NCBI GenBank assembly: GCA_965279515.1
Contig: CBDIID010000003.1
Location: 3,744,001-3,808,000 of the forward strand
Reading direction: 5' to 3'
DNA length: 64,000 nucleotides
From: Turneriella sp.
Lineage (GTDB): Bacteria > Spirochaetota > Leptospiria > Turneriellales > Turneriellaceae
Each line of letters starts with the position of its first letter. Positions within the stretch are counted from its first letter, which is position 1. The notes under the pieces were generated by a model. That model did no database searches, was not told the DNA's origin, and saw only the letters and a list, made by a program, of their open reading frames with translations. The position numbers and the translations under genes were made by a program. Of this stretch, positions 52,377-60,371 are shown in pieces.

Positions 52377-53111
52377 ATGAAAACATACTTTACTTTGCTC
52401 ATCGCGCTCACTCTCGCAGCTTCGCTGCCAGCTGCGCCCAAGAACGCCGCAAAACCAACGAAGCCAGTAGCCACCGAACCGCCGGCAGCCGCAGCCGTAC
52501 CGACGCCTCAGCCGACGCCAAAAACAGAGGGAGGCTTGGTCATGAGCCTGGCATTCTACGGTGCGTATAACATCGCAAGCTCAGACCTCTTCACCTTACC
52601 CGCGGGAAGCACGGCCAGCTGGACCACATCGGGTGGTGGCGTTTTAGGCGCAGGCGCTAATTTTATGATCGGCAGCCAGCTGATCCGCGGTGGGGTAAAT
52701 GTTGCCTATTCTCCCATTGGCGAATACCGGCAAGGCGGTTCGACGGTATTTCTTAGGTACTTACCCATCGAAGGCTTACTGCGTCTTTATCCGATCGCCG
52801 GCCTTTATGTCGGCGGCTTGGCTGGGTACGCGCTTGATCTGAGTTCGGCCGTGGTTTCGGGCAGCGGTTCGCTGACAAAAACCGACGGCATAACGTATGG
52901 CGGCAGTCTCGGCTACCTGATCAAAAATGGGCCCGTCGACTTAGATCTCGGCGTTGATATTCGGATGTTATCGTTGTCAGCAACCGCCCCTACCGGTGGC
53001 AGTAATTTTTCCCTAACCAGTCTTGACGCGACCAGCGTTGCAGCGGGTGTGAGCAAAACCTACACAATTTTGAATATTGTTCCACGCGTCGGCTTTAATT
53101 ACAAATTCTAA
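52377..53111 (+). CDS. Outer-membrane beta-barrel protein
   Basis: AGGAG RBS, signal peptide, Pro-rich linker, C-terminal GFNYKF. Confidence 0.75.
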   Translation: MKTYFTLLIALTLAASLPAAPKNAAKPTKPVATEPPAAAAVPTPQPTPKTEGGLVMSLAFYGAYNIASSDLFTLPAGSTASWTTSGGGVLGAGANFMIGSQLIRGGVNVAYSPIGEYRQGGSTVFLRYLPIEGLLRLYPIAGLYVGGLAGYALDLSSAVVSGSGSLTKTDGITYGGSLGYLIKNGPVDLDLGVDIRMLSLSATAPTGGSNFSLTSLDATSVAAGVSKTYTILNIVPRVGFNYKF

Positions 53112-53168
53112 ATTGTGCACTACAGGTTTGAGTTGACACCATTTTTTCGTAAGGTAATGAAGGAAAAT

Positions 53169-53585
53169 ATGAAATCAGAAGCAACCACGCAAGCAACAGC
53201 AGTTCGCGCCGTTCAGGCCTGGCTGGTAATTTGTAGCGGGATCTTTTTCTGCCACTGCGGTGCTACGGCAGGTCTTAATGCCCGTAACGTCGACCATCCG
53301 GTGATGGTGGGCAATGTTCGCCGCATAGGGGCACGGCCTGCCGGCGAATTGAGAAATAGCCAACCCCTGTCGTTTAAGAACACCCAAAACGGTGACTACA
53401 GCACACTCTCGCCCGGCCGGCTCAGCGGCTACCTGCTGAAGAATCTGGGATACAAAAACAGTGTGGTGCAAATCAACAGCATCGGGTACAAAAATACGGT
53501 CGCGAACTATTTTTTTACCTGGTCGGTACGCGATGAAGCAAGTATCGAGGGTGAAGGCGGTCTGCAATCCGAAGGGGGCAGATAG
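53169..53585 (+). CDS. Putative lipoprotein
   Basis: Hydrophobic segment then Cys; in operon. Confidence 0.6.
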   Translation: MKSEATTQATAVRAVQAWLVICSGIFFCHCGATAGLNARNVDHPVMVGNVRRIGARPAGELRNSQPLSFKNTQNGDYSTLSPGRLSGYLLKNLGYKNSVVQINSIGYKNTVANYFFTWSVRDEASIEGEGGLQSEGGR

Positions 53586-53607
53586 AATGCTCTCGTTGAC
53601 AGGCAAA

Positions 53608-54021
53608 ATGAAATACCTAATGGTCATGTGTATTGTCATCGTGCTAAACTGCGCTGGCAGTCAGGGTGCGGTACGATTTGATCATTTGGATTATCCCGTT
53701 TCTATGAGCGGCTTTTTGTATGGCAAGAATAACGAAATTCTCATGAAAGATCTGCACATGCAAGAAGTCGGAAAATTCTCGCTGACCCGGCGGCAGTGGA
53801 GCATCGGTTACTCACTCATACCGCTGAATGGCAAAGAGGCTTTCGCCGAGGCCATGAACCAGGCTATCATTGCAGCCAAGGGTGACGCGATGGTCAACCT
53901 CGAGATCGAGACGGCTAGTTGCTCATGGAACAGTGTGCCGTACCTTTTTCTGTTGCCCATTTGGCCCGGTTGCGCTGATGTCAAACTGACCGCAGATATT
54001 ATCAGGGAGAAACGACCATGA
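53608..54021 (+). CDS. Putative lipoprotein
   Basis: MKYLMVMCIVIVLNC lipobox; GDAMVNL. Confidence 0.68.
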   Translation: MKYLMVMCIVIVLNCAGSQGAVRFDHLDYPVSMSGFLYGKNNEILMKDLHMQEVGKFSLTRRQWSIGYSLIPLNGKEAFAEAMNQAIIAAKGDAMVNLEIETASCSWNSVPYLFLLPIWPGCADVKLTADIIREKRP

Positions 54022-54431
54022 AATTTGCCAGCACAATTCACCGGACGATAGTGCGCGTTATTTTTTTCTGCCTGCTTTCAGCACTCGCCGCGCAAGTGCC
54101 GCAAGATGTATTGTTGCTTGAAGAAGAACAGGTGAATATTTTTCATTTGCACCGAAATTGTAAATCTCTCGGTGTGATCGAAACGGAAAGGTCATGGCCG
54201 TATAAAAAAACAGAATATGCATCACTCGAAAAATCCAGGATCGCAGAAGAAGCAATTATGCGCGACATGGGCTATCGGGCCGGGGCAAACGCCATGCAGT
54301 TCTTAGGTATGAAATATAGCGTCAGAACGATCGGTCGGAAAATACCGGAATTCAGAATTGACATTAGCACCGATATTCGCTACTGGAAATGTGACCCCAA
54401 AACGCTCGGTATGCTAAAGCGCAGAGAATGA
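54018..54431 (+). CDS. Hypothetical exported protein
   Basis: ATGA overlaps; C..LG ... GAN motif. Confidence 0.62.
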   Translation: MKFASTIHRTIVRVIFFCLLSALAAQVPQDVLLLEEEQVNIFHLHRNCKSLGVIETERSWPYKKTEYASLEKSRIAEEAIMRDMGYRAGANAMQFLGMKYSVRTIGRKIPEFRIDISTDIRYWKCDPKTLGMLKRRE

Positions 54432-55231
54432 TGCTGCGCGTATTTGTCGGCGTCTTTCTGTTCGCATGCCTCGCCGCATGCAATGCGCGCCCGTCGTTCG
54501 ATAAGATGATTGTGCGCCAACCGGGGTCGCGAAAGGCGATTGGGAACAAAGTCTTCGTCGATCAGGCGACCGGCGGCGGCGAAAACGACGCCCTGTCGCC
54601 AACGATCGCCGGCGAAATCAAAATTCCCAACGAAGAATTCACCAAGGCTGTTGAAACGTCGATACGCCAATCCGGTTTTTTCTCAGAGTATGCCGCGCGC
54701 TTTGAAGAAGAGTGGGGGCTGCGGGTGCTCATCGTCAACGTTGAAACGCATATGGACATGCTTGCGGCGACCATGACAGGGCACGTGACGGCGAGATATT
54801 CCGTTTTTTACAAGAATAATCCGGCATACGAATTTGAGTTTCAGACTAAGGGTGCCGCGACCGATTACCTCGGCAGCTATGGCGGTCTGCGCAAAGAGGC
54901 GGTTGAAAAAGCGACGCAGCAAAATATTGCACAATTTTTGCAGCACGTCGTAACCTATGATTTCTCCGATATTACCGAAGCGCCTGTGCAAGAAAAGCTA
55001 CGGCAGAAAAAACAAATTCGCATCGTTGGGCGCATTTTCCAGATTAACGGACGCAAGGTCGATATCATACCCGCCGCTGGGGCGCTCAAAGTGGGAAAAA
55101 TTTACACTATCTTGCGCAAGGACAGGCCAGTCGCAACTGTAAGGGTAGATACCGTCTTCCATACCAAGTGTGCCGGAAAAATCTTGACCGGCGGCGCGGC
55201 GATCGCACCGGATATGTCTGTTGGACAGTGA
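54428..55231 (+). CDS. Putative lipoprotein
   Basis: LAAC lipobox; ATGA overlap. Confidence 0.68.
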   Translation: MMLRVFVGVFLFACLAACNARPSFDKMIVRQPGSRKAIGNKVFVDQATGGGENDALSPTIAGEIKIPNEEFTKAVETSIRQSGFFSEYAARFEEEWGLRVLIVNVETHMDMLAATMTGHVTARYSVFYKNNPAYEFEFQTKGAATDYLGSYGGLRKEAVEKATQQNIAQFLQHVVTYDFSDITEAPVQEKLRQKKQIRIVGRIFQINGRKVDIIPAAGALKVGKIYTILRKDRPVATVRVDTVFHTKCAGKILTGGAAIAPDMSVGQ

Positions 55232-55315
55232 CGGCGTTTCTGCTTTTACTATAACTGTCCGTACCCAAAATTAATTCTGGCTGACGCCCTTACCGATGCG
55301 CCGGTTCATGCATCT

Positions 55316-55597
55316 ATGGCACAAAACATCCACGCATTCACCGCCGCCAACATTTCCGGCAAAGAAACAAGCCTCGCCGATTACAAAGGCAAAGTTGTTT
55401 TGATTGTGAACACCGCCAGCAAATGCGGCTTCACACCGCAGTTCGCGGGTCTCGAATCGCTGTACGAAAAATACAAAGACCGCGGTCTCGTGATTCTTGG
55501 CTTTCCCTGCAACCAATTTGGCGCGCAAGAACCCGGTACATCTGATCAGATTCAGGAATTCTGTCAGCTCAACTACGGGGCAAATATAGCACTTTAA
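55316..55597 (+). pseudogene. Glutathione peroxidase, 3'-truncated by the inner repeat
   Basis: [32 protein letters not shown], then abruptly ANIAL* encoded by the repeat; C-terminal half (WNF motif) absent. Confidence 0.88.
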
Positions 55598-55705
55598 GGC
55601 ACTAACTACCCATAACTTGTCATTTTGTCACCTTCAAAAACAGGCTTTACACCCGAGAGATTCGGGATTCTGTAGGCCTTAGTGGGGAGTAATTTCCTAC
55701 ATATT
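55583..55705 (+). repeat. Inner capture repeat, complete A+B (123 bp)
   Basis: aatatagcactttaaggcactaactacc-cataa-...-ctacatatt. Confidence 0.9.
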
Positions 55706-55775
55706 CAATATCGCTGTTCTCGTCAGAGCGCGCGCACGGATGCGCGCGGATAACCAAGGCGCAATTATTTCAGAC

Positions 55776-55984
55776 AACGTGGATTTTACGCTGACGTTTT
55801 TTGACGCTTGTGTCATTTATTCAATCTGTAAAGCCGATTTGCGTCAAAAAATGTGGTCGTAGCGGCTCGCGGCGACGCGCGAAAACACACCTCCCGGTGT
55901 GCGCGTCGTCCGCGATCTTTGCCGCGGAGACCCGAGCACGCGAGGAGCTACGGCACCGCAGCGGCGCAGCGCGTAAAATTTGTT
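55776..55984 (-). repeat. attC-like site 40
   Basis: Family consensus ends. Confidence 0.9.
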
Positions 55985-56049
55985 GTCTGAAGTAATTGCG
56001 CCTGTGAGCTCGGCCACGGATGGCCGAGCGAATCCTTCGTAGGACTTCT

Positions 56050-56143
56050 CATAACTGGTTGTTTTCCCCCCCTGTCAATCGGGCTTTACAGCCGATAGGT
56101 GAGGTTTAAGTTCCCCTTAGTGAGGAGCAATATCCTATATATT
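56050..56143 (+). repeat. Inner capture repeat, B part
   Basis: cataactggttgtttt...cgggctttacag...ggagcaatatcctatatatt. Confidence 0.8.
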
Positions 56144-56149
56144 AAATGT

Positions 56150-56617
56150 TCAGAGCATCAGCTCCATCGAATAGTTTACCAGAATTTGGCCATTCCGCTC
56201 GATGTGATTTTCGCAAATTTCTCGAAAGCCTTGCTTTGCAAAAAACTTTCGCGCGACAAGCGACGCTTCGACATAGAGTCGCTTTAACCGCATTTCGATT
56301 GCCTGACGTTTCACCTCTTGGTAGAGGGCCGTGCCAACACCCTTGCTTTGAAAATCTGGCCGCACGTATGCGCAGTCAATGTGTCCATCGGCCTCAAGCT
56401 CGATGAAGCCCGCAATCATCGGGCCGACAAGAGCGACATGCGGGCGCTTTTGATTAAGGCGCGTTTGCCATTTTATCATATCGGTTGGAGTTGGCGCCCA
56501 TGCTTCTTTTTGCTTAGCGGTATAAATTCTTTCATCGATGGCATGCACCGCAGTATGAAAAAGATCTGCAATCTCTCCAGCCATTGATTCAGAATAAGGC
56601 GATAATTGCCTGATCAT
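56150..56617 (-). CDS. GNAT acetyltransferase (YafP-like)
   Basis: YT..Q..AWA, GHID..YVRPDFQ.KGVG, EAS..A..FF...GF. Confidence 0.9.
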   Translation of the reverse strand: MIRQLSPYSESMAGEIADLFHTAVHAIDERIYTAKQKEAWAPTPTDMIKWQTRLNQKRPHVALVGPMIAGFIELEADGHIDCAYVRPDFQSKGVGTALYQEVKRQAIEMRLKRLYVEASLVARKFFAKQGFREICENHIERNGQILVNYSMELML

Positions 56618-56624
56618 ACTGAAA

Positions 56625-57227
56625 TCAGCCCGCCTTCAATCCGGCTATAAGCAAGTGAATAACCGCTTCGGCTTCGGCCCTGGCTTTCGTCGAATCTTTA
56701 GCGGTGGCAATAGCTGCGCCCGCTTCCGCAAAAGCTCCGCCCAGAATCCGCGCCGCATCGGGCAAGGGCAGCGGCCGCATGATACCCATTTCTATCCAGC
56801 GGTGCATCAAGCCCGCCACCAGAGGTTCATTGACCGTGGCGTCGGCTTCTTTAAATTTTGCGTGGGCCAAAACGGTAGGTGCCTCACGCAACAGAACCAC
56901 CTGAACAGAGGGGTCCATACAAGCATTCAGGTAAGCGCGAGCTGCTGCCTCGACTTGCGCCCAGCCTGTTTCAGCATCGGCCGCATTCTGAATGGTCGAA
57001 GCCAGTTCGGTGAAAATTTCCGAAACGACGGCGGAGAAAATGTCAATCTTGCCCGCAAAGTGGTGGTAGAGTGCGCCATGAGTCACGCGAGCTGCCCTGC
57101 AGATATCAGCAACGCTGGTTTCTGCATATCCATACTTTGTGAAGACTTGCCGAGCAACACGCAACAAACCTTTCCTTCTAACGGCTTTTTGTTCCACACG
57201 GCTTTTTACGGTTCGTTGCTTAGGCAC
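56625..57227 (-). CDS. TetR/AcrR family regulator
   Basis: F...GY..TSV.DI..AA.VT.GALYHHF..K. Confidence 0.92.
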   Translation of the reverse strand: MPKQRTVKSRVEQKAVRRKGLLRVARQVFTKYGYAETSVADICRAARVTHGALYHHFAGKIDIFSAVVSEIFTELASTIQNAADAETGWAQVEAAARAYLNACMDPSVQVVLLREAPTVLAHAKFKEADATVNEPLVAGLMHRWIEMGIMRPLPLPDAARILGGAFAEAGAAIATAKDSTKARAEAEAVIHLLIAGLKAG

Positions 57228-57244
57228 GAGGAAATCCGATTTTA

Positions 57245-57290
57245 TTTGACATTACGTCGTAATGTTTATACATTATCATATAATGTCAAA
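57245..57290. promoter_or_regulatory. Tandem palindromic operators in the divergent tetR promoter region
   Basis: acattacgtcgtaatgt and acattatcatataatgt, flanked by TTGACA on both strands. Confidence 0.65.
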
Positions 57291-57416
57291 TACAATAACA
57301 ACCGCTGATCTAGGTTTTTATGGGTCACGATTCGCGCCGCACGTCTGTGGCATAGTCTCACAAACGATGTTATTTTTTCTGGGTGGGATGGCAACCATGC
57401 GCGCCCTAAGGTGCAT

Positions 57417-58316
57417 ATGATGAGAAAAGCGAATCTGATCTTCGGTATCGTCTTGTTTCTTGCTTTTCTAGGCACAGGATATTACATGAGCCGCTACTTC
57501 AAGCCCGAGCATCTAACGGATCTGACGATGCGCATGCAAATTCGGGCAAGCCATATCTATCTACTATTCACCGCGCTCTTAAACATCCTGGCATTTACGT
57601 GCGAACTGCGTGGAACCGGCCAGGCAAGAAAATTTTTCGATACGGCTTTTCGTCTATTTCTCGTCGCTGCCGGCACCGTCGCGCTCTGCGCATTCGCTTT
57701 CGAGCATACCGGCGACCTGAAAGAACGCAAGCTGACTTTGTTATCCGTTATATTGGCGTTAGCTTCGGTTGGCTTCATTTTGATCCACGAGATTTTGGCC
57801 GCAAAGCGCCAGCATTTATTTTTGTCTAGCCATGCCTTGACTATGGAAAAACCAATCGCTGTGAACGCTGGAAAAATTGAAGCGCGCCAAAAAAAATCCA
57901 TATACCCGGCTCCTTTTGCAGCAATGATGGCGCTGCGCGAAAAGCGAGTGCTGGGCGATCTTTTTGGCCTGACAAACTTCGGAGTGAACTTGACAACAAT
58001 TAAGCCTGGTGGCATGTCTGCGCTACGGCATGCACATGCAACACAAGATGAGTTTATCTATATTGTTTCGGGAAATCCCGTGCTGGTGACTAATGAAGGT
58101 GAAACGCAACTCAGTCCGGGTATGTGCGCGGGATTTCTTCATGGAAACGGAAACGCACACAACCTAATCAATCGCGAAAACACCGACGCTGTTTATCTCG
58201 AAATAGGCGACCGGAGCGCTGGCGATTCCATCTTATACCCCGATAACGATCTCATGGCAAATTTTGAAGGCCCTGGCAACTGGCGATTTACCCACAAAGA
58301 CGGCTCGCCCTACTAA
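57417..58316 (+). CDS. 4-TM membrane domain fused to a cupin domain
   Basis: TM region, then LGD.FGLTNFGVNL...PGG.SALRHAH..QDEF.Y. Confidence 0.8.
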   Translation: MMRKANLIFGIVLFLAFLGTGYYMSRYFKPEHLTDLTMRMQIRASHIYLLFTALLNILAFTCELRGTGQARKFFDTAFRLFLVAAGTVALCAFAFEHTGDLKERKLTLLSVILALASVGFILIHEILAAKRQHLFLSSHALTMEKPIAVNAGKIEARQKKSIYPAPFAAMMALREKRVLGDLFGLTNFGVNLTTIKPGGMSALRHAHATQDEFIYIVSGNPVLVTNEGETQLSPGMCAGFLHGNGNAHNLINRENTDAVYLEIGDRSAGDSILYPDNDLMANFEGPGNWRFTHKDGSPY

Positions 58317-58334
58317 CCGAACACGTGTCTCAAA

Positions 58335-58409
58335 AATATAGCCCTTTAAGGGCTGACTTTCCATAACTGGTTGTTTTGTCCCCCTGTAAGGAGCAATATT
58401 CGAGATATT
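58335..58409 (+). repeat. Inner capture repeat, A plus internally deleted B
   Basis: aatatagccctttaaggg...cataactggttgtttt...ggagcaatatt. Confidence 0.8.
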
Positions 58410-58475
58410 GAAGCCTGATTACGTTGCCGCGTCGACACGAGGTCGGCGCAGCACAAAGGCGCAATTATTTCAGAC

Positions 58476-58684
58476 AACGTGGATTTTACGCTGACGTTTT
58501 TTGACGCTTGTGTCATTTAATCAATCTGTAAAGCCGATTCGCGTCAAAAAATGTGGTCGTAGCGGCTCGCGGCGACGCGCGAAAACACACCTCCCGGTGT
58601 GCGCGTCGTCCGCGATCTTTGCCGCGAAGACCCGAGCACGCGAGGAGCTACGGCACCGCAGCGGCGCAGCGCGTAAAATTTGTT
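58476..58684 (-). repeat. attC-like site 41
   Basis: Family consensus ends. Confidence 0.9.
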
Positions 58685-58727
58685 GTGCGAAGTCGATGCC
58701 TCATAAGATATTAAAGATCTGTCGGTA

Positions 58728-59156
58728 CTATCGCCCAATGGCGGGTCTTTGCTTTTCTAACGGGCGAACAAAATTGCAATCATACCCTTTTCCTTTGAAG
58801 AAGCTTGAGTTGGTATCAAAATCTCGACTTTTCCATTTCTCGCTTGAATAAGAAAAGCAACCACTTGGAGCTTTTATGTCGTTAAAATTTAGCGTGTAGC
58901 AAATGAGCTGGCCTTCTGAAATAGGGGTTTCAACGCAATAAAAGCCATCTTTGGCTGTATGGTATTGCTTTGTGACCGGTTCGGCGGCCTTAGGGTCTAG
59001 ATTAATCGTTATGCCAATATCCGAACAACCTTTTCCGTTCACGGTAACGTATCCGTACATGCTGCACTTGAATTCATGCGCTTGCGCATGAATTTTCTGA
59101 TTTAGAAAAAATGATGTAGAGGAAAAAAGTAAACAGTAGAAAATATTGCTTTTCAT
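58728..59156 (-). CDS. Hypothetical exported protein
   Basis: AGGAG RBS, signal peptide. Confidence 0.7.
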   Translation of the reverse strand: MKSNIFYCLLFSSTSFFLNQKIHAQAHEFKCSMYGYVTVNGKGCSDIGITINLDPKAAEPVTKQYHTAKDGFYCVETPISEGQLICYTLNFNDIKAPSGCFSYSSEKWKSRDFDTNSSFFKGKGYDCNFVRPLEKQRPAIGR

Positions 59157-59184
59157 AAAAATCTCCTAGGCATCGATTTCGCAC

Positions 59185-59393
59185 AACGTGGATTTTACGC
59201 TGACGTTTTTTGACGCCTGTGTCATTTAATCAAATTGTAAAGCCGATTTGCGTCAAAAAATGTGGTCGTAGCGGCTCGCGGCGACGCGCGAAAACACACC
59301 TCCCGGTGTGCGCGTCGTCCGCGATCTTTGCCGCGGAGACCCGAGCACGCGAGGAGCTACGGCACCGCAGCGGCGCAGCGCGTAAAATTTGTT
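59185..59393 (-). repeat. attC-like site 42
   Basis: Family consensus ends. Confidence 0.9.
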
Positions 59394-59454
59394 GTCTGAA
59401 GTAATTGCGCCTGTGAGCCCGGCTAGTAGGGCCGGGCGAAGAAGAATTAATGCC

Positions 59455-59550
59455 CTTAACCGCTCATTTTGTCATATGAAATCAGGCTTTACACTTGAGG
59501 GATTCGGGATTCTATAGGCCTGATTCGGGAGCAATTTCTTATATAATATT
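59455..59550 (+). repeat. Inner capture repeat, B part
   Basis: cttaaccgctcattttgtca...caggctttacacttgag...ggagcaatttcttatata. Confidence 0.78.
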
Positions 59551-59573
59551 TCTCACCAAAGCGAAGTAACGAT

Positions 59574-60236
59574 ATGAAGCTCAAAATGATTCTATTTGCA
59601 ATGTTGATTCAGAATGGTATGATGTCTGCTCAAGAAGCGAAAAAGCCCGACCAAAAAATTTTGAGGGCCATTGATTCCGGAAACATACAAAAGGTAAATT
59701 CGGCGATAAAAGAAAACCCGTCATATCTCAATCAAGCCATTGAATTCTGGGGCACACCCCTAATTTTTGCAGTGAATAAAGATTTTCTAGCGGCGGTTGA
59801 AAGTTTAGTGAAAAGCGGTGCCGATGTGAACGGACGCGACACAGAAGGACGCACGCCACTAATGTGGTGCCCTATGGATGTGGGGCCGTTCCGTGGCTGT
59901 GGGAGGAACCAGAAGACGCCTCAGAGGAAACGCCAGGAAAGCGAGAGATGTGATACCAAGCTTGCCCGCCTGAAAAAAAACAGAGAGCGTATTCTCATAT
60001 TTCTGCTGAAATCGGGAGTCGATATTGCCGCTGTTGATAACCAAGGACGAACTGCGCTCCACTACGCAGCACGAATGGACGATTTAGACATGGTTAAGTT
60101 TTTGCTGAAAAACGGTGCGAATCCGCACGCACGGGATAAGAGAGGCATGACTCCCGCGAGCGAGACGGCGCCTGAGGGTACCGCGTCGGGCTATGACGCG
60201 GGGAGAATTAAAAAAATCCTGAAGCATAGTCTATAG
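59574..60236 (+). CDS. Ankyrin repeat protein (exported)
   Basis: GTPLIFAV, GADVN.RD.EGRTPL, GRTALHYAA. Confidence 0.92.
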   Translation: MKLKMILFAMLIQNGMMSAQEAKKPDQKILRAIDSGNIQKVNSAIKENPSYLNQAIEFWGTPLIFAVNKDFLAAVESLVKSGADVNGRDTEGRTPLMWCPMDVGPFRGCGRNQKTPQRKRQESERCDTKLARLKKNRERILIFLLKSGVDIAAVDNQGRTALHYAARMDDLDMVKFLLKNGANPHARDKRGMTPASETAPEGTASGYDAGRIKKILKHSL

Positions 60237-60261
60237 AGCGACATATTATGTATGAAAGAAA

Positions 60262-60294
60262 AAAATAGTCCTTTAATGCTGTAACTAGCCACAA
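60262..60294 (+). repeat. Inner capture repeat, A part only (degenerate)
   Basis: aaaatagtcctttaatgctgtaactagccacaa. Confidence 0.65.
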
Positions 60295-60371
60295 TGAGTT
60301 CATCCTGTCGCAGCAGATTTGCTGCGTCGCCAAGGATGGCGACGAAGTACAAAGGCGCAATTATTTCAGAC

